From Desulfurococcales archaeon (GTDB lineage: Archaea > Thermoproteota > Thermoprotei_A > Sulfolobales > Desulfurococcaceae): 64,000 bases of DNA. The stretch covers positions 320,001 to 384,000 of the forward strand of contig JALVYU010000026.1 in the NCBI GenBank assembly GCA_027022365.1. The letters are read 5' to 3'. Under the pieces are notes generated by a model. That model made no database searches and had not been told where the DNA came from. It saw nothing but the letters and a program-made list of their open reading frames with translations. The position numbers were made by a program, and so were the translations under genes. Positions 38,686-49,500 of the stretch are shown here, piece by piece; position 1 is the first letter of the stretch, and the number at the start of each line of letters is the position of its first letter.

Positions 38686-39066
38686 TTAGAATATCTGCCT
38701 CTCTACTTCTATTTCACTGAACCCTATCTCCTCAAGGCATTTTTTCAATAAGTCAAGGTCGAATCTGCGATCAAATATTATTTCTGCATTCTTACCATTG
38801 TTTTTCTCAAGCTTAATTTTATGTACAACAACCCTACCAAGAATAGCATCACGGGAATCCTTAGGTATGAACAAGTATTCCTCGAACTTTTTCCTGGCCA
38901 TATTATAGAATTCATCGAAGTTAGCAATGATCCTCATGGCCTCAGATAGATCCCTTGTTTCTCCATGATGAGATAGTATACACTCCAGTAACTCCATAGT
39001 CTTCTTATCGGATAGTTTAACATGAGGACTTCGGGCTAGATCAATTATAATCTTTATTCGGCCCAC
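38686..39066 (-). CDS. hypothetical protein
   Basis: 126-aa ORF with GGTGA SD, divergent from PCNA. Confidence 0.7.
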   Translation of the reverse strand: MGRIKIIIDLARSPHVKLSDKKTMELLECILSHHGETRDLSEAMRIIANFDEFYNMARKKFEEYLFIPKDSRDAILGRVVVHKIKLEKNNGKNAEIIFDRRFDLDLLKKCLEEIGFSEIEVERQIF

Positions 39067-39131
39067 GAGACTATCACCAAATATAATTACATACTCCTAC
39101 ACACATATATTTTAGAAGGAGGTGATGAGTA

Positions 39132-39890
39132 CTGTTCAGAGCTGTTTATCCAACAGCAAGTAAGTTCAAGTACATTGCTCAGACACTGGCAAAAATCACG
39201 GATGAGATCCCATTTTACGCTACCCCGGACTCGCTAGAAGCGAGAATACTTAGCCCGGATAAGACTACATTAGCTATACTCAAGATACCATCAATAGCGT
39301 TTGAAGAGTATGAGTGTGACGAAGAAAGATTTTTTGTAATCGGCGCTGATGAGTTCAATAAGATCATGCGTAGAGGAACAAGAAACGATGCCGCCGTCTT
39401 CGAGCTATTAGAGGATAAGAACATATTCAGGATAGTATTCCGAAACAAAAAGACCGGTGTTGAAAGAACATTCGAGATTGAAACCAAGCCTAGAGCACAA
39501 GAAAAAGTCCCTGAACCAGAGCTAGAGCTAGGAGTAACTCTTAGAATGCTAACCGATGATTACAAAAACATAATCAGGGACCTAAAGATCGTTGGGGAGG
39601 ATGCTACATTCACCTACAAAGACGGAAAACTATTGATACACTCCATGACGCAACAGAAAGAATATCGTGGAGAATTCGAACAAGACAATCCATTACTCTA
39701 TATATCAGCTACTGTTGATTCAGCCCGTGCAAAGTATAGTGTTGGTCTACTCGAATCTACACTAAAACCGACACAGGCATCAAAAACCGTAACAATATCA
39801 TTCGATACAGACAAGCCTATAAAGATTGTATTCGAGCTACCGGAAGGCGGAAGTATAGTTTATTGGATTGTCCCGAGAATAGAGGCCTAA
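39132..39890 (+). CDS. pcn: PCNA sliding clamp (252 aa, apparent CTG start)
   Basis: Extends ORF 39366..39890 upstream: (M)FRAVYPTASKFKYIAQTLAKITDEIPFYAT...LSPDKTTL...; C-terminus YWIVPR; in-frame TGA at 39126; SD GGAGGTGA at 39118-39125. Confidence 0.88.
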   Translation: MFRAVYPTASKFKYIAQTLAKITDEIPFYATPDSLEARILSPDKTTLAILKIPSIAFEEYECDEERFFVIGADEFNKIMRRGTRNDAAVFELLEDKNIFRIVFRNKKTGVERTFEIETKPRAQEKVPEPELELGVTLRMLTDDYKNIIRDLKIVGEDATFTYKDGKLLIHSMTQQKEYRGEFEQDNPLLYISATVDSARAKYSVGLLESTLKPTQASKTVTISFDTDKPIKIVFELPEGGSIVYWIVPRIEA

Positions 39891-40127
39891 TCACCCTCTT
39901 TCAAGCTTGGATAACAAATCCATCAAGACCTTTTGCGCCTCGCTTCTTTTTATCTTCTTCGACTTACTGATCGATAAGTCGAACTTCCATACAGGATTAG
40001 GACAAATGTTTCTACGTGGGCACACAAAGCAGCAGTGAGGACACACCATTAGTTCCTCATCCATCGTACATGTTCTCGTTGGCCTATGGAGACCGCAGAT
40101 ACTGCATTGTTCCCAGTAAATAGTCAT
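39891..40127 (-). CDS. small Cys-rich Zn-binding protein
   Basis: CSICG...C...CPHCCFVCP...C; GGGGA SD. Confidence 0.7.
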   Translation of the reverse strand: MTIYWEQCSICGLHRPTRTCTMDEELMVCPHCCFVCPRRNICPNPVWKFDLSISKSKKIKRSEAQKVLMDLLSKLERG

Positions 40128-40178
40128 TTCGTAATCCCCGTGTAATTATAATATGTCGAACACTAATAATTACCTAAT

Positions 40179-40263
40179 GCCGTACCGATGAGGCACAGGA
40201 TCCGCGGCGGGGCACAACGTCCTAGCCGCCCCGCATGGGTAGACTGTGCTGAGGGATGCAGGC
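40179..40263 (+). ncRNA. GC-rich structured ncRNA candidate with K-turn (C/D-like) ends
   Basis: CCGATGA-GGCACAG...CTGTGCTGA-GG with an inner GCGGGGC/GCCCCGC stem; TTATAATA about 26 nt upstream. Confidence 0.6.
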
Positions 40264-40269
40264 CCTTAT

Positions 40270-41043
40270 CTACACTACGCCTATGTTGTTCATGGTAAGT
40301 AATTGTTTAAACCTTAATGCATCATCATACATGTAGATATTATTGAACAACACATATACTTCATTTGTTTGGAAAGTTTTTATTTTCTCTAATAGTTTAT
40401 AGAGATCTTCATCCGTATACTTATATCGATAATTGGTTTCTCTAGATCCTATACCATGTAGCCTGATATAGACCATATCATCGTACCAAACCGGCTCACG
40501 CCTGAATATGTCAACTATATGGATTACCCCGTGTTTCACCAGGATCCTTCTTAATTCATCATCGTGTTTTGCCCATTCCCCACGGGGCTCCCAACCCAGC
40601 AACACCTGATCAGCTATGTTTTTTGCAGCATCGAAAAAGCGGTCCACTTGTATAAGCATTTCATGATTAAAGGGCATAGACGGAGGTGTTTGTAATACTA
40701 TTATTCTGGATTTGAGCACTTTCGCGATCTCAACACATTTTTCCAGCGCATCAAGATTCTCCTTTGTAGGTTTTAAGAAACCATACTTATCAATATCGCC
40801 GGGGGGTTTATGCTTCAGTTTCTTCCATGTAGGCGAGCGCTTAGGATGAGTTATCACCTGCCAGGCTTTCATTGTGAACTCGAAATCAGTAGGCGCTTCT
40901 TTTCTTATTTTCTCGGCCCAGACAATAGATGGTAGATTGTAGAATGTGTTTTGGAGCTCTACTAGCTTAAAGTCATTATAGTATTTCTTTCTAGCTTTGG
41001 GAAAACCACAACATCCAACTTTAACTATCAATTTGCTTTTCAA
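40270..41043 (-). CDS. DUF72 family protein
   Basis: KVGCCGF, ELQNTFY, KAWQVITH, LQTPPS, WEPRG, YIRLHG, FNN. Confidence 0.9.
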   Translation of the reverse strand: MKSKLIVKVGCCGFPKARKKYYNDFKLVELQNTFYNLPSIVWAEKIRKEAPTDFEFTMKAWQVITHPKRSPTWKKLKHKPPGDIDKYGFLKPTKENLDALEKCVEIAKVLKSRIIVLQTPPSMPFNHEMLIQVDRFFDAAKNIADQVLLGWEPRGEWAKHDDELRRILVKHGVIHIVDIFRREPVWYDDMVYIRLHGIGSRETNYRYKYTDEDLYKLLEKIKTFQTNEVYVLFNNIYMYDDALRFKQLLTMNNIGVV

Positions 41044-41049
41044 TACTTG

Positions 41050-41475
41050 TTACTCCCTCTTTAACTCGAGGGCTTTTACACTTTTGATAGGCTCCAACTT
41101 CATCAATATTCGCTCTATTTCCTCAGGAGTGCTTATCAATGCTTTTGATAAGTCCACAACCATATAGCATTCACCGATCTCACCGCGACGAATGACCAAG
41201 CATCTTGTAGCAATAATATCGATTCCATGGTCGGCGAGCTCCTTGGCAATTTCAGCTAAAACGCCGGGCCTGTCCTCGATCTCAATAGTCATCTCCACAA
41301 GCCTAGCCCGCTCTGGAACAGGAGATAACACTATTTCTTTCTTTTCTCGATCCGCTATAAGAAGAATATTCATGCCCTCATGAATATCTAGTGCTTCCCT
41401 AATAGTCAATGGAATTGTTATTCTACCTTTAGAATCAACCCTTACCAGTTCTTTTATCTTAACCAATCTCTCCAC
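41050..41475 (-). CDS. AbrB/MazE + ACT domain regulator
   Basis: VRVDSKGRITIP..IRE; EDRPGVLAEI. Confidence 0.88.
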   Translation of the reverse strand: MERLVKIKELVRVDSKGRITIPLTIREALDIHEGMNILLIADREKKEIVLSPVPERARLVEMTIEIEDRPGVLAEIAKELADHGIDIIATRCLVIRRGEIGECYMVVDLSKALISTPEEIERILMKLEPIKSVKALELKRE

Positions 41476-41552
41476 CTCGACCAGTCACGTAGAATAATTA
41501 TTTTTGAGAATAATATTGATTATCCCACGAAAATCCCATCTACTTAGATACG

Positions 41553-42383
41553 CTATAATGGGTATTCTATGTATGACATAACCTGTATGTCAAAGCGTCT
41601 CAGAAGCCTGTTCTTCCAAGCATTACCAAGCGCTAACAGAACGACGATCTTGCTTATTTTTGCCCTAGAACGAATAACCATGTCAAGGACTGCGCTCAGA
41701 GTTTTACCAGTATATACTACATCAGCGAGTACTAGGACGTTATCTCTTCTACTTAGCAAGTCACGATCAATATATAATGACTCGGTTTCTCTCGGAGTAC
41801 GGACAACTATTGCGCTATAATATTGGAAGCCCGGATAAGGCCTCCGTTTAACTAATACTATTGGGCAATTCAGCTCTAACCCCAGCATTGTTGCCAGCGG
41901 TAACACAGAGAATGATGTCGCAACTATTTTATCGATCTTATTACCTGCAAGCTCTATCATTAAAAGTATTGTCAGTAGACGTATGATGTAGGGGTCTTTG
42001 AGCACTCTTGACAAATCTATAATACTGCTTTTTTCGCGCTCAACAAGTTCATGTAGTAATGAGTTTATATCGACCGAAAGTGATAGCGAAGCAAGTATTT
42101 TCAGTGCTTGTTCAAAACTTGGTATAATACTTCCTCTAACATATCTACATAGGACCGATTCAGGTATGCCTGTTAGTTCTGACAAAACCCTATATGAGAA
42201 GTTAGGCTTCAATAATCTCAGCATTTCATTAGCCATAAGCCTTGCCTTCACTCTATTGTACTTTGGCTTACTGTATATCATTGCTAGTTTTCTACTGATA
42301 GTCTCGATTTCATCCTCCGATGGTTTCCTAATAACTAATTTCTTCTTCAGCGTCATATAAAACCACCATTTCATTTTTGACAT
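41553..42383 (-). CDS. HTH + phosphoribosyltransferase-domain regulator
   Basis: SYRVLSELTGIPESVLCRYVRG..PS; VLVLADVVYTGKT. Confidence 0.82.
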   Translation of the reverse strand: MSKMKWWFYMTLKKKLVIRKPSEDEIETISRKLAMIYSKPKYNRVKARLMANEMLRLLKPNFSYRVLSELTGIPESVLCRYVRGSIIPSFEQALKILASLSLSVDINSLLHELVEREKSSIIDLSRVLKDPYIIRLLTILLMIELAGNKIDKIVATSFSVLPLATMLGLELNCPIVLVKRRPYPGFQYYSAIVVRTPRETESLYIDRDLLSRRDNVLVLADVVYTGKTLSAVLDMVIRSRAKISKIVVLLALGNAWKNRLLRRFDIQVMSYIEYPL

Positions 42384-42449
42384 AAGCGTATCAACAATAT
42401 AGACTTTTAAACAGATATTATAAGATTACTCGTATATAAAATATAAACT

Positions 42450-42512
42450 GGGGGATGAGCACGGTCTTAAGTACCGACGTATATGGATGAGGAAAAACCC
42501 ACGCGGTGACCC
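42450..42512 (+). ncRNA. box C/D sRNA candidate (possible tRNA-Leu guide)
   Basis: GGGATGA-GCACGGTCTTAAGTA-CCGA...TGGATGA-GGAAAAACCCACGCG-GTGA; terminal GGG/CCC; TTATAAGA about 25 nt upstream. Confidence 0.72.
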
Positions 42513-42938
42513 TTGTTGCGATCAATTGATACGATCATTGAAGTCCTTAGCTTGTCTGCTAATAAAATCAATGAAATCATCGAGAAAGCCGTTACAAAAT
42601 CTGAAGAGCTAGGTGAACCCTATACACTCATATGTAGAAAATGTAATAACAGAGAGTTCTGCCTGTTATTGAAAATAACTCCTGTACCCGAAGAGTATTT
42701 AATTGATGTATTGGGATGCATAGTATATTTATCGAGAAACGAGAAAATCACTTCTGATATTGAGATAATAATAAGATTCTCAAAAATAATTAGAACATAC
42801 AATGAAAGAATAGCATTTTATATCCCACCAGAATTATCTGGAAAAGCTGTAAAAATATTATGCAGAGATCATAGTCTCGATGAAAAGATAACTATCAAAG
42901 CTTTGCCGTACGAAGAAGGAATAATTTATGACGAGTGA
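42513..42938 (+). CDS. hypothetical protein
   Basis: 141-aa ORF overlapping the start of xpb. Confidence 0.55.
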   Translation: MLRSIDTIIEVLSLSANKINEIIEKAVTKSEELGEPYTLICRKCNNREFCLLLKITPVPEEYLIDVLGCIVYLSRNEKITSDIEIIIRFSKIIRTYNERIAFYIPPELSGKAVKILCRDHSLDEKITIKALPYEEGIIYDE

Positions 42939-44601
42939 TCGCGTCTTGCCCATAATGTTAAGGCCTAATAGATGGCTGGATGATCAGGAGTTCAGGGAGC
43001 TCACAAGAATCTCCGACTATATCGGATACGAGAAGCAATCTGGACCAGTATTTAGGCTGAATATTAGAAAAGCTCTTCTCAATGGTTATTCATTTAATGA
43101 TCTAGTCAATTTATTTGACGAAATCGGAATCAATATATCTCCAGAGGAACTTGACTCCATAAGAAAGGAGTACAGTAAATTTTCGATTTCCATAACATGG
43201 AATAGCCTTAGAGGAAAAATAGTGCTTGACATCCCCTGGGAAACATATCGTTTGATCAAAGATAGACTTAGAGATCTAAATCCACGCTTCAGAGCAAAAG
43301 ACAAAACCTCCATTAAATACGAGATCTTGCCCTGGAGACTAAATGAATTAATTATATTGGCCGGAGCATATTCGATACCCCTAAACGATCGTTCCGGGAT
43401 ATTGAAACCCAAAAAATTACCACAAACAATCAATCTTAAAGATGTTGAATTACGCCCATACCAGTCGGAGGCTCTCAATAAATGGATAGAAAACAAACGC
43501 CAAGGAATAATAGTCCTGCCTACAGGATCCGGGAAAACTCTCATAGGCATTGCAGCAATAGCCAAGTCGCAGAGAAGAACGCTCATAATAACTTATACAA
43601 AGGAACAAATGTTTCAATGGAAGGAACAAATATTCAAATATACTGATGCAAAGCCCGGACTAGTAGGCCTTTATTACTCCGAGGAGAAAAGAATATCACC
43701 TATAACAATAACGACTTATCAGAGCGGCTATCGCAATATCAACATTTTGTCTCCTTATTTTGACCTCCTAATAATCGATGAAGTACATCATCTTCCCGCT
43801 GAGAAGTTCAAATATATAGCAATACACTCTCTAGCCCCGTACAGGATGGGGTTATCAGCCACAGCTATTAGGGAGGACGGCAAACACGAGGAATTATTCC
43901 CACTACTCGGCGGTATAATCTATCACAGATCAGCAGCAGAACTAGCCTCTCAAGGATATCTAGCACGATATAAGATAGTGACCATAAAGGTTAAGCTATC
44001 CCCAAAAGAAAAGAAAGAATACAATGCATATCGTGAAACCTATCGTAGGTTCGCAAAGGGTAGAAAATTCCAAGAAGTATTAAACCTAGCGTTGAAAGGT
44101 GTTCCAGACGCCAGAAAAGCGTTGTCATTTCACAAGAAAATGCATGATATAATAGCATTTTCACATTCGAAGCTAAAGAAAGTAGTTGAAATAGTTGATA
44201 GGGAAATAAAGAAGAAGAACAAGATCATCATCTTTACACAATATGTCAAACAAGCTGAAGAACTAGGGAAAATGCTGGAAAAATACGGAGCACTAGTATT
44301 GACAGGAGAAACACCTACTGATAAAAGAAAGAAAATACTCGAATACTTTCGCAGTTCTCCAAGTGGAATACTAATAGTGACGACTGTAGGAGACGAAGGA
44401 CTCGATATACCGGACGCCAATATTGGTATTATTGTATCAGGTACAGGATCAAAGAGGCAATTTATACAGAGACTAGGGAGAATACTAAGGCCGGGGAAGA
44501 ACAAAGAGGCTATTCTATATGAGATTATAGTTTCGGGTACCCATGAGGAATACCAGGCTAAAAGGCGCAAGAAAACAGTGCTTGATGACTTCGATTTATG
44601 A
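42928..44601 (+). CDS. xpb: XPB/Ssl2-type DNA helicase
   Basis: LRPYQ, LPTGSGKT, DEVHH, LSAT, DEGLDIPDA, QRLGRILR. Confidence 0.9.
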   Translation: MTSDRVLPIMLRPNRWLDDQEFRELTRISDYIGYEKQSGPVFRLNIRKALLNGYSFNDLVNLFDEIGINISPEELDSIRKEYSKFSISITWNSLRGKIVLDIPWETYRLIKDRLRDLNPRFRAKDKTSIKYEILPWRLNELIILAGAYSIPLNDRSGILKPKKLPQTINLKDVELRPYQSEALNKWIENKRQGIIVLPTGSGKTLIGIAAIAKSQRRTLIITYTKEQMFQWKEQIFKYTDAKPGLVGLYYSEEKRISPITITTYQSGYRNINILSPYFDLLIIDEVHHLPAEKFKYIAIHSLAPYRMGLSATAIREDGKHEELFPLLGGIIYHRSAAELASQGYLARYKIVTIKVKLSPKEKKEYNAYRETYRRFAKGRKFQEVLNLALKGVPDARKALSFHKKMHDIIAFSHSKLKKVVEIVDREIKKKNKIIIFTQYVKQAEELGKMLEKYGALVLTGETPTDKRKKILEYFRSSPSGILIVTTVGDEGLDIPDANIGIIVSGTGSKRQFIQRLGRILRPGKNKEAILYEIIVSGTHEEYQAKRRKKTVLDDFDL

Positions 44602-45330
44602 TTTCCGGTGAACTAATTGAAGCACGGTAAGCAGTACTATAACTAACAGCTCAGCTAAATAATTCTCATGAACATATACATCAACAATAGTAACATCATC
44701 TCTTCTAACAATCACCGCAGGTAAAGATTCCTTACCGCTAACATAGACTGCTACGGGAATTATTTCACCATAGTCTTTCATAGCCTCAGTAATAGCTACC
44801 ACATATTTCTCATCTAGGAAGCCTATTCGCGTCATAAATCCGGATGCGTTTAACTTTTCTAAGCCCGTTATCACGAGAAGTTCGTGATCGCTTTGCCTCA
44901 TATTTATCCTATAAAACACTATTTTAATCTTGTTAAATGTCTTGCAAGCTTGGATTTCGGTATCTACTCTTCTATACACATTTTCAAATAGCATGATCAG
45001 CTTAGATAACTCGTCCACACGTATAAATCCGACTTCTCCCCACGTATCTCTAAGTATGTTAAAACAATAACCAATATTATCACATATTTGTTGTAACCCG
45101 TGGTTCTCTATAATTTCAGGCGTTTCACGCAGGATTATCGCAAGAGGAGGAACTATCATCCATATAGGAGTAGTTGTACCAAGTCTATGTGCAACAACAT
45201 ATGTTGGTTCAAGCATTACGCCGAGCTCTTCTACAATGGTCTCCCCCAGAACATCTGTTACCGATTTATAGAATTCCAAAGCGTTATTAAACGTGGGAAA
45301 TATCAGTGTTGATCCCGCCGGTATTCGCAT
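44596..45330 (-). CDS. hypothetical protein
   Basis: 244-aa ORF. Confidence 0.65.
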   Translation of the reverse strand: MRIPAGSTLIFPTFNNALEFYKSVTDVLGETIVEELGVMLEPTYVVAHRLGTTTPIWMIVPPLAIILRETPEIIENHGLQQICDNIGYCFNILRDTWGEVGFIRVDELSKLIMLFENVYRRVDTEIQACKTFNKIKIVFYRINMRQSDHELLVITGLEKLNASGFMTRIGFLDEKYVVAITEAMKDYGEIIPVAVYVSGKESLPAVIVRRDDVTIVDVYVHENYLAELLVIVLLTVLQLVHRKS

Positions 45331-45402
45331 AAGACTATCCCAGTATTCAGAGCAATTTTATAATACATTTTAATCGTTATCTGTGTTAAGGGTGCTGCTA
45401 GT

Positions 45403-45738
45403 ATGAGTGAAGAAGAACACGAGAAGACCAAAGTGATAAAAATATTTGAAGGCCAAGCAAAGATCGGAGAGATTATACAGGGACTACAAAACATTATGTT
45501 GCGGCCTGAAGATCTATCAAGCCCCGTTTCGTTCCAGATGGCTATATCACGAATAATGGATGCCCTCATGAAAAGCGTTGAGGAAGGACCCAAAAAGAGA
45601 TATGTAGCTGAAATAAGATTCACTGATAGTCTTGGAAATCCTGTTGTAATAGCTGTTGACCTAGGCGAGACTTTACCACCATTTTCAAAACGCGAGATTA
45701 AAGCTCGCATCTTGATAGAGTTGTTTGAACAGGATTAA
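45403..45738 (+). CDS. hypothetical protein
   Basis: 111-aa ORF with GGGTG SD. Confidence 0.7.
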   Translation: MSEEEHEKTKVIKIFEGQAKIGEIIQGLQNIMLRPEDLSSPVSFQMAISRIMDALMKSVEEGPKKRYVAEIRFTDSLGNPVVIAVDLGETLPPFSKREIKARILIELFEQD

Positions 45739-45764
45739 CACTTTCAGTATTCAAATAGCTATAT

Positions 45765-45818
45765 ATGATGAACATTGTAAGGGCTGACATTAAGGATGAG
45801 GAGTAACCAGGCTACTGA
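45765..45818 (+). ncRNA. box C/D sRNA candidate, predicted to target tRNA-Val(UAC)
   Basis: ATGATGA-ACATTGTAAGGG-CTGA...AGGATGA-GGAGTAACCAGGCTA-CTGA. Confidence 0.82.
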
Positions 45819-46101
45819 TAAGATTAGTAGACTACTGAAGAAACGTGAGTTGCTGGCGTTTTACATTCTATGTAAGGATGGTGAAAGAGAATACAACATC
45901 GGTGAAGCGTTAGACATTATCATGAACGAACTTATTCTTTCTAGAAAAGTGGCTTGGAACGTGCTGAGGAGACTTATAAGGCTAGGGCTTTTAAGAAGAA
46001 TAAGCAATGCTTATGTGAAATGTATAGGTTTTGAAAGCTATTTTGATGCTTTACTGCGTAGTTATAGGGAAGGACGTGTTCGCCGGATAGGAGCTGTGTA
46101 G
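45796..46101 (+). CDS. small winged-helix-like protein (start uncertain, overlaps the sRNA)
   Basis: YNIGEALDII...SRKVAWNVLRRLIRLGLL. Confidence 0.55.
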   Translation: MRSNQATDKISRLLKKRELLAFYILCKDGEREYNIGEALDIIMNELILSRKVAWNVLRRLIRLGLLRRISNAYVKCIGFESYFDALLRSYREGRVRRIGAV

Positions 46102-46152
46102 CGAAAGCGCTAGAAAAACACTATTGTTTTATTTTTTGTTATCTTGACCTCG

Positions 46153-46458
46153 TTACTCTTTTACCTTAAGCTTTATCTCGATGGTGCTTACTCTGGTCTC
46201 GCGGCCGCTGGGGTTGGTCACTGTCTGGCTGCCGATCTTTATCTCTTCGATGTCTACCTTACCGGGTAGGAACCTGTTCCTAACGATCTCTACGGTGTCG
46301 ACAGCCTTGCTGATCGCTCTTCCTCTAGCCTTAACGACTATCTCTTTTACGCCCTGGTGTATTAGGGTTAGGACTGCGATTACGTAGTTCATTACGGGCT
46401 TCTTACCAACTAGTACGGTGTTGCTTGCATGAGGTGTTGCCTCTGCCATGATGCCCAC
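46153..46458 (-). CDS. albA: chromatin protein Alba 1
   Basis: [12 protein letters not shown]...[12 protein letters not shown]...VSTIEI. Confidence 0.96.
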   Translation of the reverse strand: MGIMAEATPHASNTVLVGKKPVMNYVIAVLTLIHQGVKEIVVKARGRAISKAVDTVEIVRNRFLPGKVDIEEIKIGSQTVTNPSGRETRVSTIEIKLKVKE

Positions 46459-46546
46459 CTATTGACAACGCTTGTTTTAGTCTAGACCCTATGAATCCTA
46501 GGGTTTCTATATAAACTTTACTCCTATACTTAGGAATAACATATGA

Positions 46547-49500
46547 GTGTTATTGTCCCCCTTCCTTTTAATCCAAAGCACTATAACGATATCGTTTCTA
46601 GGGATGATTATGCAGAGAAAAACAATTTTAGATCCTATTTACTCCCATGCATGCCCATCTTGTGGAGGAGATGCAGAGGCTAGTTCACTAGAGAAAGTAG
46701 GGATTTGTACAAGGTGTTTCGCCGGAAGTAATAAATACACGCTTTCGGCTCTTTCATCACATCATGATCTCTTAGAAGAGATAGAGTATTTTGCTAAGTT
46801 TTTCCAAGAGGTCAATAATGGTTTTAAACCATGGGGCGCCCAGCGAGCATGGGCTAAAAGATTACTCAACAAGGAGAATACAGTAATAATAGCCCCTACT
46901 GGCATGGGTAAGACAACTTTACTTATAACATACGCTTTATACGCTAGTAAGGAGTACAAGCATAAGATCCTATATCTTGCACCGACAAAAGCATTGGCGA
47001 AACAAATATACGAAAAACTGGCAAATAGCGGAATTAATAGCATTAAGATCATATTCTATGATTCATCATTATCTAAAAAGAAAAGAGAAAAAATCCTTGA
47101 AGCTGTGAAAAACGGGCAGTACGATATACTTGTTGTAACTAATCATTTCTTATCAAGATACGACGATCTTGTTCGGGAAAGCAATCCCGACATAATTATG
47201 ATCGACGATGTTGACTCGCTAATGCGTAGTGCAAAAAGCATAGTAAAACTACTCCATCTACTGGGTTATGATGATGAAATTATCGAACTAATTAAGAAAA
47301 AACATGCTATATTCTGGAGACTTGTTGTACTAAGATCTTTGAACAAAGAAGAAGAATCTAAGGAACTAATAAAGAAGCTCTTAGAGATCGAGATAAGGAT
47401 AGATGATAAGTTATCAAAAGTTAAGAGAAAACAAGTTATTATATCATCAGCAACCGGTAGAATGCGTGGCGGCTATGCCTCGATACTTAGAGATCTTTTA
47501 CGTACCGATATTTCAGGCGTAACAATATACGGTAGAAATGTAACCGATTCTTATTATCTCTTCAAAGACGAGAAAGAGTTAAACAATGCCCTTATCAGTG
47601 TAATCAAAAAATTAGGCCGCGGATGCCTAATTCTAATAAGCCCAAGGCATCCGTTTAAAGAAGTTTTCAAAAATGTTGCCGAACACTTAAAGAAGGAGGG
47701 CCTTGGTCTAAAGATAGCCGAAGCGACACCATATAACATTAAAAAGTTCATTGAAGGCAAGATCGACATCATAATAGGGAGCTCTAGCTACTACGGTATG
47801 AGTGTCAGAGGTATAGACGCGCCTGAACACATTAGATACATCATATTTCTAGGAACACCCGCATTTACAATAGATCTCGAGGGATTTCTTGCAAATATAA
47901 CATTACTCTCCAGAGCGGCGCTGCTGTTGTCTGAAGAAAAAGGTGATGGGTCCTATAGAACTATAAGTGCAAACCTAAGAAATACTATGTTTAAGCTTAG
48001 TCTAGGTGAAAGAAGATTATTATCATATTTGATGAAAGGCAAAATCACAGTTGAAGATATTAGTAATGAAAAACTAGTCAAGCTATACAGCGAGATTAAT
48101 TCCTACTACAAACAGATTATAAGCGATCTAAAAGAATTGCTTAAAAATAAAAGAGTATTGAACATGGGGTCAATAACTCTCTTTTACGACAAGAAAACAG
48201 GAACATATAAAGCAATTATTCCTGATGTTATGACCTATATTCAGGCAAGTGGAAGAACAAGCAGACTATTAAGGGGAAAAATGACTCATGGGCTCTCAAT
48301 AATATTTGAAAACATAACGTTTTCTAACGTAATAAAATCGCTGGAGAAAAGACTCAATGCATATAATGAGGAATTAGTCTTTAAGGAACTTGATCAAGTT
48401 GATCTGGATCTTGAGATAAAAGAAATAATCAATAGTAGGACTCAAAAGAAAGAAGTCAATATGCTTAGTTATAAGAATATATTACTTATAGTAGAGTCGC
48501 CGACGAAAGCAAGAACTATTGCGAGGTTCTTCGGTAAACCAACTAGAAGAAAAATAGGCAGTGTTAGTGTATTTGAGATACCATTCATATCAGATAATAC
48601 TGTCATACATATGAACGTAATAGCAACGCGTGGCCATATATATGATCTAACAACAGAACCAATAGGTGCATACGGGATAATTTTCAATAATAATAAGATA
48701 ATGCCCAAATACGAAACAATAAAACGCTGTAGGATTTGCGGCCATCAATTCACATACGGGGATAAATGCCCGAGATGCGGTAGCTCAGCTTTTTATGATT
48801 CAATCGAAATAGTCAGTGTTTTGAGAAAGCTATCATCAGAAGCGGACGAAATATACATAGCCACAGACCCTGACATAGAGGGAGAAAAAATTGCTTATGA
48901 CGTGTATTTAACTGTTAGACCCTTTGTAAGTGAGGAAAACATATGGAGAATAGAGCTCCATGAAATAACGTTATCGGAGCTAAAGAAAGCATTCGGTAAA
49001 AAGAGGAGAATTAATAAAAAGCTCGTGGAGGCCGAGATATATAGGCGCATACTTGATAGACTCATAGGCTTTAGCTTGAGCCAGAAGCTATGGATTAAGT
49101 ACGGCAAGAATTGGTTGGGAGCTGGAAGAGTTCAAACACCTGTTCTAGGATGGGTTATTGAACAGTACAATAAATGGAAGCTGAACAAATGTAAGCTGAT
49201 CATACTTGAACTACCCAACGGTCTTAAAGTAAGGTTTCATCTTGGGAAAGATGATTATAGGAGAATAGTAGATAGGATTAAGAAGGAAGGCGTTGAGCTC
49301 AGACTCTTAGAAATTAATGAAAAAACGTTCAATCCACAACCACCGTACACTACCGACATGCTTTTAGAGGATGCGTCTAGATTAGGGATACCATCGAGAC
49401 TCGCTATGAAGATTGCACAAGAATTGTTCGAATCGGGCTTGATAACCTATCATAGAACCGATTACACATATGTATCCTCGACAGGAATATCAATAGCTAG

